Source: Lama glama
Lineage: Eukaryota
Reading direction: 5' to 3'
Length of the DNA: 64,000 nucleotides
Assembly (NCBI GenBank): GCA_028534125.1
Contig: CM052818.1
Span: 8,806,001-8,870,000 of the forward strand
Shown: positions 50,256-63,894 of the stretch, piece after piece
Layout: every line of letters starts with the position of its first letter
How positions within the stretch are numbered: the first letter of the stretch is position 1
The notes under the pieces: generated by a model
What the model was told of the DNA's origin: nothing
Databases searched by the model: none
What the model saw: the letters and a program-made list of their open reading frames with translations, nothing else
Program-made: the position numbers and the translations under genes

Positions 50256-51535
50256 GGTTTAAGCACGTCGAACAGCACTTGCAATCCACCAGATGTGAGG
50301 CAAGCAGCCAGCATTGTTCTGGAGGAAGCCCAGATAGGATGCTTCTGATCCAAGAAGCGGTAGATCCTACTTGGGAGCATAAATTGAGTAAAGGAGCAGA
50401 ACTGGCCCCAAACAAATTAGACACATGTTTTAGGTATTTGCTTTTCTTGAATCTGGGTGTACGCTGCCCTGAGGCTGAAAACAATTGTTGATTCCTGGGA
50501 AATGTAGATACTGAGTAGTTCAAGATTTGTTCGTGGGAGATGGGGTGACCAGATGATGGCAGACTGACCCTCCCGTCACCCCAGGCTAGAGGACAGGCTG
50601 TGACAATGCACTGGGCAGAGAGCCTGTGGCTGAGACTGAAAGATTCAGACTGCAGACTGTACTGAGTACCTTCTCTGAGCCGGGGGATCAGGCCACATCT
50701 TGGGGAGTGTCAGGGGAGGGTGTGTTTGAGGAGCAGGGGGAGACTGACCTTAACATAAAGGGTGCTCTCACTGTCAGTCATCCTGTAGCAGACAAGGAAG
50801 AATGCCTTGGTCTGGGGGAGGAAAGGATTTCCGCCCCTTTCCTGGGGTAAGTGCGTCTGGCGACTACTGCTGGTACAGCTGAAGTGGCCCCTGCTGGATG
50901 GAGGCCTGTAGCTACCAGACACTTCTCTTCTGAGGGCGATGGAAATTACTCTAGGGGAGCCTATATTCAGAGGCGCTGTGGGGCTGGGAGCAAGGCAATG
51001 ACCTCTTCCCAAGGCCCGGCAGAGTCACCAAGACACCAGTCTCATGAGCTACAGAGGCAGAATCATAGCAGCAAAGTGAGAAGCCTGGATGGGAGAAACT
51101 TTCTGGAGCTCACACCAGGCTGTGCCTCAGGAAACTTCCAGAAATCCTGGGGAGGGAAATTCTACATTTTGGATGTAAGAAGAAAGTGTGATTTCATTTT
51201 AGATATAGTGACGTTTAAACATAAGTTACTGACATATCCATCACATTCATTTCCCAGATGAAGAAACGAGGGGTCAGAGAGAGACTGAGAGGGTCTGCTG
51301 TCTGAGGAGCACGTATCGCCCTTTGACAGGAGCGACAACATGGAGTCCCCAGGGTCTTGTGAGGACTTCTTGATGCCTGCCTTGGCTTAGACTTTGGGTA
51401 ACAGTGGTACAAGTGAGGCCAGATCACACAAACTCCTATCCCACACATCTTAAAGTGATTGAAGAATAATTTTTTTGGAAAAAGCCAAAAGTTAACCAGA
51501 GTCAACCAAATATGGAAAATAGTACAACCTTATAA

Positions 51536-51992
51536 TGTTGCCCAAAACCTAGCCTCTGTACCCCAATAGTTGAATTGAGAATTGGAAGCGGTTTTGGGGA
51601 GAATTAGAAAAGAACAGCTTTATTGTTGTGCCAGGCAATGGAATCACCCGGCAGGCTAATGCCTTAGAGACTGTGAGCCCGTCTTGGGGGAAGGGTCCTG
51701 GGGTTTTATAGAAAAATAGGATTAGAAGGGTGATGACAATCAGGGTGTAAGCAGCCGCGACATTCCTTTCATCTTGATAAGAACTTGCTGTTGTTATGGA
51801 GGAATTTAGGAGGGTCTGCCCATTCTGGGGGGATTCAGTCCATGAGCTTCTTTCAAGACCTCTAGGGTAAAAGGCTAAGTTATTCTAAGAAAAGAGGCGC
51901 AGGGAGGGGAGCGTGGTGGCCATAAGATCAGCTTAGCTAGAAGTACAGGCTGAGCAATTCAGTGGCCACCTTGTTTGTTTTCTACTCTTTCA
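51536..51992 (-). mobile_element. Solo ERV1-class LTR with 4-bp TSD
   Basis: TG...CA ends; ATAA at 51532-51535 and 51993-51996; minus-strand AATAAA near 51620. Confidence 0.85.
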
Positions 51993-52477
51993 ATAACGTA
52001 AGACTGAAAATGTGTCAAGAAACAGAGGATTTCAGAACAGAACGTTAGTTTTCTCTCTCCCTCCACACACCTGGAGCTGAGTGAGAGAAGAAGGTCTGAG
52101 AATAAGAACCCAGGAGGTGTCTCCAGTACCTCACAATTTGGCACAGAGAGGACTGAGGGGCTGAACAGGCAGCCTGGAGAAAGCTGAGGAGAAATTCTAG
52201 GGAGAACCCCGTCAGGGAGGCCAACAAGGGTGGAGGAGTGGCTACACCTGCTTTTCTAAGGCTCCAAGCTACCTTCCAGGAATGAGCCAAGCCCTAGGAG
52301 GAGGCCACACCCCTGTCAGGTGAGGAGGACCCTGAGGTGGGGCACCAAATGGATTTCAAGAGAGAGAGCGGAGCCCAGACCTGCCCCTGTGACCCTGTGA
52401 CCCTCAGACCTCAGTGAAGCAGGAAGTACTCCCATCCCCTAAAGTCTAGTGTCAAGGGAATGAAAGGTCAGAGGAAA

Positions 52478-52539
52478 GGGTGTCAAGAGGAACTCACCCT
52501 CACGCTTTGGGTGTCAAGAGGAACTCACCCTCACACTTT
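52478..52539. repeat. 31-bp tandem duplication
   Basis: GGGTGTCAAGAGGAACTCACCCTCACrCTTT twice, one mismatch. Confidence 0.95.
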
Positions 52540-53542
52540 CAGAGTATTGGATGGTCCAGCCAGACCTACCCACGCCAAATTAAAAGAAATGTCAGGGAGG
52601 CTAAGCCCACACGCAAGATTTAAAAAAGAAGAACAAGAAAGAGAAAGCAGTGGAGGGGAATAGGAAAAAAAAAACAAGAAACACAATATGAAAAAGACAA
52701 AACCAGTCTAGAAGAAATCACTGTCCCAGGTACAGAAGAAAATTCCTAAGACTGCTTCATACTATAGAACCAGTATGAATATTTAATATTTAGTTAATCA
52801 TATTAATTTAATAATTAATGATACTAATTTAACACTTAATAAATTATATCCATTTAGTAGCTAATTAATCTAAAGAAATTTAATGTTCATGAAGTTTCAT
52901 AAAAAAGTGCCCAAAGATGAGTTGATAAATCAACTAAATAAAACATAAAGGAAATCCAGAGTGAAGGTAAAAAATTAAGGACAAAAACTAGAGATCTATA
53001 GAACTATTAGGTAAGTTAGAAACATCAAGGAAGCTAACACATCTTGTGGCTCAGAGGAGAAGCTTGCAGTATAGTGAATGTGGAGGAAAATGACAAAGCG
53101 ACTCAAGCAATTAAGAACATGTTGCTCCATGGAGGACAAATACAAATCATCCAATACAGGCATCACTGGTGCTGAATTTCAGGTCAAGATAATGAGCACA
53201 AGGTGAGTTTCCCCTACTGCCCTAGCTTCCTATATCAAATACATCAGAAACCTGGATAAAATATAAAAATCTATTTTAAAACGACATCTCCTTCGGTATA
53301 TTTCCACTTCCTTCGTCCACTTTTCTATTGAGTTGTATTTTTTTCTGAATAATTTCCATATTAGTGACATACGTCACATGTCATATATGACAAACATTTT
53401 TCCTAATCCATGATCTTTTCATTCATTCTATTTATAATGGATATTGCCAATATAAAATGTTTAATTTTAAATACATAAATAAATAAAATGACATCTCCAA
53501 GCGCCAAGCAAAAAAGGCAACTCTCCAGGGACAGAGTAAGAA

Positions 53543-54171
53543 TGATACTGAACTAAACTTAGGTCTGCTCACCGGACACACAGCAAAACCAAATCTACCA
53601 ACGCGGGGTTGTGGTGAAAGAAAACACGGCGTTTATTTTAGGGCACCAAGCAAGGAGAACAGGAGGCTCATGCACAAAAGACCCACACTCCCCGATGTCT
53701 TTCAGGGAAGGGTTTTTAAAGGTAGTGCGAGGGAGAGGTCTCGGGGCGTGCGACCGGCTCATGCACGATTCTCTGGCTGGTTGATGGTAAGGTAACAGCG
53801 CCATGTTGTGCGAATCTCCGTTTGCTGCGTTCTGGCTCCAGCCTGTCTGGGGTCCACCTGCTGGTGGGCAGCATGCAGTTAACTTCTTCCTCCTGGGGGG
53901 TTTCAGTATCTGCAAAGCAACTAAAGGGCCTGGCTCAGAATATTATCTACAGCCCTTGAGGAGGAACAAAAGGTCTTTGACTTTGTTTTATGGCTAAATT
54001 GTTATTACTTTGTCTTGCTTGACTGGTTTTTTTGGTTTGTTTCTGCATTTTCTCACTTCTCTGATTAAAGCTTAGGAGGCTAAAGCTTTTCTATAAACAA
54101 GAGGCCAGGGACCCAGGGGAAGGAGGGTGGTCTGTCCCTGGGAAGGCCCCACAGGATCCTGCTCAGTTTTG
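53543..54171 (-). mobile_element. Solo ERV1-class LTR
   Basis: tgatactgaac...ctgctcagttttg ends; near-TSD AGAA/GGAA; minus-strand AATAAA near 53630; several CpGs retained. Confidence 0.8.
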
Positions 54172-56986
54172 GGAACAAAGATGTAAATAAGAGCTGAAGC
54201 TGTAGGGCCCCCAGGGCACCCACCTGGGTGACTGTGGATGGGGTTTCAGTGAGTCCTGAGCCCCGCAGGCAGCAAAGTCAAGAGGTCAGGAGGCAGGACC
54301 ATGCTGCCCCTCCATGAAGAGGACCAGCCGGAGGTTGTGGCTAAACAAGCCAGCCACCTGCCCAGCTATGCGTGGAAACAGAGTCAGCACTCGTGGTCCA
54401 CGAGCCTCAGACTTGGTCTGGCCGTGCTACATCCTACAGGACAACACTGAACCCTCCCTTTCAGGAATCCTCCCTCTGTAACCCAGAGAACACAGGGAAA
54501 CGCCCCAGGAAAGATGACTGCCGTGGAAGATGAGCTTATAGGCAAGAATTACAAAAGCTATAAGGAAGACCAACAACACTAATGGCAGTTTTCAGACCCC
54601 CCAAAACAAGGAAATGTACACTTAAGGAACTGAAGATAATATGTAATCTTAAAGCGATTTTAAATTAAAATGTATACCAAACTTCAGAGAACTAAATGAA
54701 TAAGCAGCCACCACCATAAAAAAGAAGAGGTGGTTAGGAAACAAAAACAGGCAAGTATTTTACAAAGTAGAACCATTAGAAACTAAGAATGTAGTTACTG
54801 AGATAGCAGGACATAGGTTTCTCTGTGTTTTACAGGCATGCGAGTGCTTTTTATACACAAGCTTCCACATATACATACATAGAAGATTTGGAAGAACACA
54901 CATCAAATTGTGCATAGGGGTTAACTCTGAGAATGGAATTGAGGTGTTTTTTATTTCCTTCTTTTTGCCCACATGTATCTTCTTTTTTTTTTTTCTTTTT
55001 ACAGTGAATATGGAACGTTTTATCAAAAGAAAAATCAGTAAGGGGCATAATTTTAAAAGGATGGGGAGTTGGCAGGGCTTCTGGCTCAGCCCATGTCACT
55101 ACACATAAAACAACCATGACTTAAACTGTGAGAAGTTAATAAAATTGTATTATCACGTGAAAATTGTTGAATAAATTTTGACCAAATATTTAGTGTATAT
55201 TCAGTATTGTCTAACATTTTACAGACTAAATGTCATACCCAAAATCCACCAGAAAGAGGCAGGCATCCTCCAGAGAGGCTACAACTGAGGTCCAATGAGA
55301 GAGAGGCCAATGTGACTGCAGAGAACAGAGACGCGCCCTGTATAATCAGGCCCTGGGACCAAGCAAGCAAGTAGTGGCTTTGAGTATGAGCCATCCATCT
55401 AAGGCCGCAGGGCCAAGTGTTCGACATTCCGGGCACTGACTGGGGCTCAGTCTGCTTCTCACGTGGGAAGCAGTGGTATCATCTGGGTGAAGAGAAACAA
55501 AGGTTATTTATTTAATGGTACCTAATGAGTAAGGCCACTAGTAGTACATTTAAATAATTTAAAGAACATGGCCTAAACAAAAATTTTCCAACCCCAGTGT
55601 GATATGTTCTCCCCAGACGCAGGGTCCTAAGGGAAAGGGTCACAACTGCGGTGTGACAGAAGTATCTTTGGCTCCAGTCCCCTGCCCCGTATCTTTGGTA
55701 GGGGACTTTGGTATCTTATCAACACCACCTTGGCTGATAAAGCCTTTCTGTACTTCAGTGCCATTCTCCTCTTTGCTTCAATGGGATTGCAGTGGGTTTT
55801 GCTGTGATTGCCAACCTACTTATCACCAAGGTGAATGTCATTGACTCCACATGTCACTGCTGGTGTTGGCCATTAACAATACAGCTCCCAGGTTTTTGTT
55901 GTCACTGTCACTGCCCAGGGAGGACATCGCCCTATACTCTGAGCATGGCCACCACTACTCCATATTGTGCCCCTGTGCCAATCAGACCAAGGGATGCCCC
56001 TCCTCAAGATGCTAGACTCCTTCTATCAGAAACCATCATGACAGTCTGATTTTGTTGGGATGCAACCCTTGGCTGCCGTTTGCTGGAAAGATTTGTCTCC
56101 AGTGTCTGCTATGTAAATTCATTTCCTCTGATGTGGTAGACCACAGTCTGCACAGTCTTCTGACCACCCTGGGGAGAGATGTCTATCCTGACCCGTATTC
56201 ATAACTTGTTTATAAGACGCCAAAAGGAACACCCCTGCTAGTTCCATTTTTTTATGGTCTCCTGGCTTCTTCCAACCAGAGCTGGGTCAGGAGTCATCAA
56301 CCATCAACCACCATCAACCACCATCAACCGCAAAGCGGTACATTCAAGAGACTCATCCCCACTCACTTGAAGCCATAGCCTTCTACATTGGAGTGAACTC
56401 TTTGCCTACTTAGGCATACTCTTCAGGGGTCAAGGTCTTATTTGTCTCTATTTTTTTTTTCCCCCTAGAGATGTCAACATGCTCTCCGAGGGTCCAGCAG
56501 TTAATCCTTAAAGTTCTTTTCATTTCTTCCAGCAATCCTGGCAGGTTCTCATGCAAAGCAGAGCCCTGAAATCCCACTTGGATATGCCAACACATAGCCC
56601 TTCCCTTGTATACAGCTGTAGTCCCACACCATCGTGACCTGTCAGACAGACCCTACGCTCAGCAGCCCAGGCCTCACCTGCGCTGAAAGGGTCCACTTCC
56701 CAGCACAGATTGCCTGCTGTCTCTTAGTGTTATTTACAACTCTTCAACAACCAAAGCCAACCCAACCTACGTTAAGGTGTTTGAACTAAACCAAGAAGCC
56801 TCTCCCTTTAAATTGGCCCTGGGTTAGATTTCTTGGAACAAGAGCATCTTAAAGAAGCAGACATGGGTCGGTGTTCAGGGAGCATTTCTGTGGATGAAGC
56901 TCCAGGCTGCACAGAGAGGGGGTCTCTAAGATGGACAGACAAGGCCTCTTCTGGGAAGAGGCTCCTGTTTAGTCGCCACAGGCCTC

Positions 56987-57056
56987 ATTTACACACATTG
57001 TCCCAGCGTGATTAGTATTTACACACATTGTCCCAGCGTGATTAGTATTTACACAC
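56987..57056. repeat. Perfect 30-bp tandem duplication (2.3 copies) in a MER94-like element
   Basis: ATTTACACACATTGTCCCAGCGTGATTAGT x2 plus ATTTACACAC; element ends ...gtcacccta at ~57110. Confidence 0.95.
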
Positions 57057-58119
57057 CCTTTCACTCTTAAAAATGTCACGGTTTGGAGGCTAAAAGCTAG
57101 AGTCACCCTAGAGATAAGGCGTATTTATATGAAAAGAAAACAGAAATCCGGGGGGGGGGGGGACACACTGTCGAGTGCTGGGTAGAGGGTTGTCCTGGAG
57201 TTCTCAGAGGGGAAACTGAGGCTCCAGGCCTTTAAGTGGCTTCCCAGGATCCTGAGGCCTTTGAGGACCACTGGATCCAGTATCTCAGGCTCCCTTCCCT
57301 ACCAGCCCCATCACACACATCTCCCAGGGTGGGAAGTGAGGCTTCCTGAGAGGGAGAGAGGCGCCTGGGGGTAGACACAGCATACCCCAATAAAGTCTGC
57401 TTTCCTTGCTTGTAAAGACAAATAAAAGGTTTAACACATCTTTAAATGTGTTTTTAAACATTTTTAAACACACTAGAGAGTTATGGATTTTAAACCTGTG
57501 AGGCATTTCCACACCCACAGGTTGTGAATGCTGAGTGGAACGGAGCTGAGGGTCTGTGTGAGCTGTGTGAGGGCCCAGGGGGAGGCGGGGGATATACATC
57601 TATCCGACTGCACTTTAGAAGAACAAGGAAATCATTTAGGGGCTCACTGCCCAGGTCCGCCCAGCTCCCCCTAAGTGCCGTGTTCCTGATTCTCCTGTTG
57701 CAGGTGAAAAGGGGAAGGCTCTCTTCTCACCAGTGTCTTCTGCCTTTGTCTGAAGTAGGAAGCTAATCAGGGGACATCTGGCTTGTGCACCGATTATCTC
57801 CCCTTCATGTCGTTAACTGACTACCCACACCCCGAGATGTCCCAAAGCACCCTGCTGATTAAGGGGTTTTCTTCTGTGGGTTCTCACATTGAATTCACCT
57901 GGGTCCTGGGAGCCTTACAAGGGAGGGCAGGCAGTGGGGGAGCAGGACAGAGCCACATTCTGAAACCTCAAGGCTTTCCCCCAGGCCTGACAGAGGGGGC
58001 CAGAGAGGGAAGCCCCACAGGCTGGGCGACTGATGAAGATAGGCCAGCAACACTCCAGTCACTGACATCCTTCTGCATCCTGTCAAAGAATAATTTTCAA
58101 GAAGTTGAAAACATGGTAC

Positions 58120-58610
58120 CAGATGCTAAGTGAAATAAGCTATTCACAAAATAACAAATACTGTGTGATTCCATTTCTGTGAGGTAGCGAAAATAGTCAG
58201 ATTCATAGATCTAGAAAGTAGGATGGTGGTTACCAGGGGCTGCAGGGAGGGGACAAAGGGGAGTCACTGTTTAGTAGGTATGAAGTCTCAGTCCTAGAAG
58301 GTGGAAAGGTTTTGGAGCTCTGTTTTCCAACAATGTAAATATTCTTAACACTCTTGAACTGTACACTTTTAAATGGTTAAGGTGGTAAATTTTATTTTAT
58401 TTATTTTTTTACCACACACACACACAAAGTCAAAAACATGATTCTGTGGAGACGGCACAAGGGAGTGTTTTGGCGGGGATGAAATTGTTCCGTTTCCTGA
58501 TTGGGGAAGGGGTTACACAGCTCTTTAAATGGGTTAAAATTCATAGAACTATACATGAAAAAAAGTCCATTTTGCTATACGTTAAATTTTTAATTAAAAA
58601 ATTTTAAATA
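58120..58610 (+). mobile_element. L1 3' end fragments (L1MA/MB and L1ME-like)
   Basis: atgctaagtgaaataagc...caaatactgtgtgattccat...gaactgtacacttttaaatggttaaggtggtaaattt. Confidence 0.8.
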
Positions 58611-59279
58611 TAGCTGTCATACAAATTAGAATGAACATGTATCAAAAATGTATGTAACTAATTAATGAGAGAAACTGCAAGATGGTAAAGTTGCTTCAAA
58701 AAAGTACAGGAGATACTGAAGTATTGATAATAACTGAGAGAAAGAACATTGAAATGTTCGTTACATAAAATAAAGCCTTAGCCTTTTGACAAAAATATTT
58801 TTACTTGCATTACTATGTAACAACCCTACACTGCTGTCAGTTTTCTAGGCTTTTTCTATAGAGTTGTAAAAGACTCTAATCAATAGTAAAAAGCAAGTTA
58901 GACAAAGGTCTACATCCTAGAAAAGCAGATAATCCTCCGGGTAGGCCTACTGGACAACACCAGGCCCAGCATTACTCCAGGGCTGGCAGGAATCCCTTTG
59001 GTCCCATTTGCAAATCTGGGACAAGTTTTCCTAACTTTCCAGCAAAGGGGAGCAGGGGGCTATCAGGCCCAGAGCTAGGCCAAGGGGAGAGAGTGAGCAG
59101 TGCTATCAAAGAAATGAGGGGCCCAGGGTTGCCCTGCCGCCCCAGCTGGTCCTCGTTCTAGAATAATTTCAGTTTTCAGGAATATGGGCATTTGGAGAAA
59201 GGACTGTGGGAAAGCAACTGGGAAAGGGCTGCTGGCTGCATGAACCACCAGGATCATCCTCAGGCTCACCAGACTCATT

Positions 59280-59405
59280 TTTTTTTTTTGTTAGGAGAGT
59301 TTTTTCAGTTTTTGGGTTTTTTTTTAAACAAAGATACTGAGGCTTGAACCTGGGACCTCGTGCACGCTAAGCATGTGCTCTACCACTGAGCTACACCCTT
59401 CCGCA
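59280..59405 (-). mobile_element. tRNA-derived SINE (Vic-1-like)
   Basis: TSD AGACTCATT at 59271-59279 and 59406-59414. Confidence 0.9.
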
Positions 59406-60404
59406 AGACTCATTCTTGCCCAGGATTCTAGACTCATGAGAGAGTGGCCCCGGCATGGGCCTGGCCTCTCCCCCAGGGTCCACAGGCACCATCTGATCTC
59501 CGTGACTTCGTGTGGATCCCCTAGCCTTTCTTTCCCAGGCACCAGAAATGGGGCACTTATGGGGGTTCCCTAACCCTCGCTCCCTGGAGCAGATTTGGGA
59601 GTAGATTTGGCCTCCTCTGTACACCTCCAGCTGAATGGGGATGTGGGGGGCAGGGATCTTACCAGACAGCTCCAGGCCGATATCTGAGTACGGGTGGACC
59701 CCCATGAAACCCTGGGTGGCTGCAGGGCTTTCCTTCGGGGACAGAGGAGAAGCAACGCTCCTTTTGGGGAAGAGGAATGAGGAAAATGTGTGTGGCAGGG
59801 GAGGTCCGAGCCAGAGAGGCGTGAGCTGGAGCCTGAAAACAATAGGCCTTGAGAAACCCAGGAGTGGGGACAGGAACAGCCTAGGCCAGGGTCCCTCTAG
59901 GCCGCCCAGGTACCCTGTTTACAGCTCTGGCCACACTGGGGCTGCTGAAACTGGAAGCAGCTGAATTCTTCACCTCCTGGGTGACTGTGAAGAGCGGGCG
60001 ATCAGTTCCCCTTGGCACCGGGGCCGGCCGGCCTCTCTCCCAGGGCTGAATAATTCAGGCCTCTCAACTGCAGGCCTGCACCGAGGCTGTGAGCTGAGGC
60101 CGTGGTTTCTCTTTCCCGGCTGTCTCCTGCACGAGATCCCAAAGGCTGCTTCCCCAGACTCTGAGCTTATGGTTGGGGGGGCGGGGGTGCTTAGGCCAAC
60201 ACCGTCACTGACAAGACCCTCCTCAGGCCCAGCCACCAGCCCGGGTGTCCTGACTGACCTTCAGCCTCTGTCTCAGCTGCTGCCCCGTCTGCCCCTGGGG
60301 GCTGTCCCCGAGCTCTGGTTACTGTTCTCAGGCAGCCACTCAACGCCTCCCCTGGGAGGCTGGAATCTCACCTCACAGGACACAGTTCAAAGAAAGGACG
60401 TTCT

Positions 60405-60579
60405 GGTCGCCTCTCTCTCTCTCCCTCTGTTCTGAGACGGCCCGCACTCTGTCTATGGAATGTGTACCTACTTTTATTCTGAGCACCCAACCCCCACACC
60501 TCATGGCCTTTCTCTTGCCTTTCAATGTATCTCGCTGAATAAATCTACCTTTACTTAACTGTGGGGGAAAAAAAAAAAG
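60405..60579 (+). mobile_element. L1-retroposed LTR 3' end (processed ERV transcript fragment)
   Basis: AATAAA at 60538-60543, poly(A) at 60568-60578, perfect 16-bp TSD AAAGAAAGGACGTTCT at 60389-60404 and 60580-60595. Confidence 0.8.
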
Positions 60580-61779
60580 AAAGAAAGGACGTTCTCATTA
60601 CCCTCCTTCCTCCCTGCCTTCTCCTCAGCTCGCCCACCCCACTCCCCTGCATCCTCCATCCCCAGAGCTGACCTCACTGACCTGATCTCACTGCTGCGCT
60701 GGGGGGACCTACACAGCAGACGGCAGGACTCCAGCTCTCCCCTCACTTGAGACCCCAGACTTAGTTCCCCCACTGTCGAGAAAGCCCCCAGACCGCTGAC
60801 GTGAGAGTGGGGGCGGGGGTGCTGGTTCTATGGCCTGAGCCTGTGGGCCAGCAGGGAAGGATCCTGATGGACTTCAATCCCTCTGGGGAGGCAAAGGGAG
60901 GGGAGGGTCCTGCACTCCTGTCAGGGGCCAGAGCAGGAAAAGTGGCCATTGAAAAAGACAGCTTCCACCCCAGACACAGGCTAGGTCTGAGCATCCACGG
61001 CTGACCTGGGTTCTGGGCCACAGTACGGTGCACCATACTGTGGACATGCAAGGGTATGAACAGAGCAGAGAGAGAGGATTCCTAGGGGTGGAACTCTTCA
61101 CAGGGAGCTGAAACGTGGCTGTTGCTGTAGCAGCAACAAAAACAATCAGCTCGCGTGGACCAGGCAAGAAACCTTCTGCCTTGGCACGTGTAGCCGCCAG
61201 CAGAGCTCCTGGCAGGGGCAGTTCAGGGCTTGCAGAGAAATCAGGAGAGGCCTGGGTGAGAGCTGGGAGGAATCTGGGGATGCAGAGGAGACAGAGGTCC
61301 CTAGAGGACCCCAGAGAGCTTCCTCCCTCTCGGACAGCAGGAGCCGTCTCAGTGGGGCTGAAAGTTTCTGTTCTCTTCGGTGAGGAAAAGCAGAGCACCG
61401 CTTTGCTGACTTTGGACCCAGACAGAGCCTGCTCAACAAGAAGCAACAAAGATACCTCCTGCACCACCTTAGTTTATGGCTGAACTTCTGGAATGCCACA
61501 GCACATCACTGATTCGTAACAAGATCACTTTGATTTGAGACTGCTCCACATTTGGTCTTATCACTAGGCTTCCTTTTCACTAGAGAGGATCCCCTCCCCT
61601 GAGCAGCAGGTGCCAGGGCTGGGCTGGCCCTTCACACCCTCACCATGGCCTTGGGACATGGGAGTTAGTACCCCAAGACAACAGAGGCTCCAAGATCAAG
61701 CAACTAGTCCTAAATTATCTGTGTCCCCCTTGAGTTCCTGCCAAGCCTGTTTTGGACCCAAGTGTAGGTTGTCACAATT

Positions 61780-62045
61780 CCATTCCATTCATAAGAAATG
61801 TCCAGAGTAGGCCAGTAGAGACAGAAAGTAGATTGGTGGTTGCCTAGGGCTGGGGAAGCGTTCGAGGGTGCGAACTTAAAGGGTACAGGGTTTCTTTTTG
61901 CATGAAAATGTTCTAAAATTGATTATGAAGATTATGAAGGTCGTACAACTCTGTGGATATAATAAAAGCCATGAATTGTATCCTTTAGACGGGCGAGTTG
62001 TATGGTATGTGAATGCTCTCTCAGTAAAGCTGTTAGGAAAAAAAA
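61780..62045 (+). mobile_element. L1MB-like 3' end fragment
   Basis: gaaatgtccagagtaggc...agagacagaaagtagattggtggttgcctagggctgggg...gaaaatgttctaaaattga. Confidence 0.8.
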
Positions 62046-62799
62046 TACTTGGTGCAGATTTTGACTCACAAGATGATCTGTCCTTTGGCGAATGGGCTCT
62101 GAATCGAGCCGCCGGTCAGCTATCCCACTGACCAGCACGCCCTCCTCAAATGCATTTTAAAAGCTCCTGGTACAAAGGGCTGTTGTCATTCACCCTTGAC
62201 CTTCCTCCAGCCCTGACTAGTGGCCATCACGCCAGCCCCAGCTGCAGCAGGGCCCCAAGCTCCATCTGACGCTGTCATGTTTACTCAGGTGGAGAAAGTT
62301 GCAAAGGCCCAACCGGCATGTGACCTACCAGCTCTGCCTGGGAGCGTGGAGGGGAGTGAGCTGTTTGGGTTGTCAAGAAAGTGACTTGAAGAGATCAGCA
62401 GAGGCTCCAGGAGGAAGAGGACAAAACTGTGGGAGACCCCCCTCACACCCCACCCCGGATACTCGGGCCCCCAGAGCTATAGGCTTGCACACGGCCAGGG
62501 GTCCAATAAGGCCTTCATTTCCAAAGAGAAGTCAACAGAAAATCTCTTCAAGCTGTACTTGCTCCTTCCTTGGGGTTGTGCCCAGGCCTTTGGATGGTCT
62601 CCCTAGAGGATCGTGTGCCTTAAGATACCGATTCTCCTCACTGGCTGGGGCCTGGGGTGGCTGCAGCTCCTGGCCAGGTGACCTCAGTCTGTCAACAGCC
62701 TGGGCCGGGGCTCCAGAACCTCAAGTGCACCTGAGCAAACCAGGTTGTGCCAAGAAGTACAAATGGCTGGGTGGAATGGTTGCCTCGACTAGGGGCTCT

Positions 62800-62970
62800 C
62801 AAGGGGTGGTCCCGCCAACGTCACGCCCCCGGGGAACTTGTTAGGAATGCAGTTTCTCAGGCCACCCCAGACCTGTCAAATTGGAAGCTCCAGGGATGGG
62901 GCCTGGCCATGCGTAAACGCTAACAAGCTGTCCTCGGCAGTCTGATGTACATTAGAGTTGGAAAACCACG
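62800..62970. mobile_element. MER5A-like DNA transposon
   Basis: gggaacttgttaggaatgcagtttctcaggccaccccagacct...tctgatgtacattagagttggaaaaccac. Confidence 0.7.
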
Positions 62971-63894
62971 GCATAGATTCCAAGGTCCGTGAAGCAGGGG
63001 GACATTCGTCTGGCTCTAGTGTGTATCCTCGGCATCTCCTCACCGGGCCTGCTGGTATATAGTGAGCAACTGTGGACATGTTATTGTATGAATGAACTAA
63101 TGAATGATGAATGAATGGTTTAGCGCTTCTTGTCACTGACAGCTTCTCTCCAACCAAGTGCCAACCAGGACATTTGCAAGCTGATAAAAAGAGAAGGGTG
63201 TGGGTATATCTGATAATTCACTCCAGCTTCTCGTTGCCTTGGTTTGGTCTCTGAATTATTAAGCAGGACTCGCCACCCATTTCACATTTTCTTTTTACAG
63301 ATGAGGCCCTGGCTGTTTGACAACTTTTTTTCTAATCTCCAGAAACAAAAGCACTTTCCATTTGACTTTGGAACCAAGCTGCTCCCCTACATTACACTGG
63401 CCCTGGAAGGAAAGGAGGATGCAGCTGGAAGGATGTTTTTACCTTTTCAAGTTGAAATTATTATTATACAGCTACTCCCAGGAGACCCAAGAAACAGAGG
63501 CCAAGCATTTCTTGGAAACCCTGGGGTGGGCAGGTCACACACAAGGGACAGACCCGCTTCTCTCAGTGATCATTTGGTGGCCAGAGGCAGGGGGTGGTTC
63601 CATGCTTTCCCTCATCTGATTCTGAATCCCAGGCTGACTTGCTGCTTCTCTGGTATTGCTACCTGCCTCTAATGCCCCAAAGCTGGGATTTCTTTGGGCT
63701 CATATCTCCCGAAACCATCCATTTTGTCACCTAACCCTGTTCCCTTTCTCCTGTAATCGCACACATTTCAACTGGCAAGATGCTGGCCTCAGACAGGCTG
63801 GGCGCAGTGCCAGGACACGGAGTTGCTATTTCCGGAGCCATGGCTGCCTGCCGCTGGCCCTACCCTTGTGACGTTACCACACCAACTGATGTGC

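Noticed and set aside
52478..57056. 30-31 bp direct repeats as CRISPR-like arrays
   Set aside because: They are adjacent tandem duplications with no spacers, in mammalian DNA.
2122..59405. Eight tRNA-like sequences as tRNA genes
   Set aside because: They have A-rich tails, mostly TSDs, and divergent stems, so they are SINE copies rather than functional tRNAs.
60874..61467. Longest ORF (197 aa) and the overlapping ORFs nearby, plus the 181-aa ORF at 62299-62844
   Set aside because: No recognisable domain, non-ATG starts for most, and lengths compatible with chance in GC-rich DNA.
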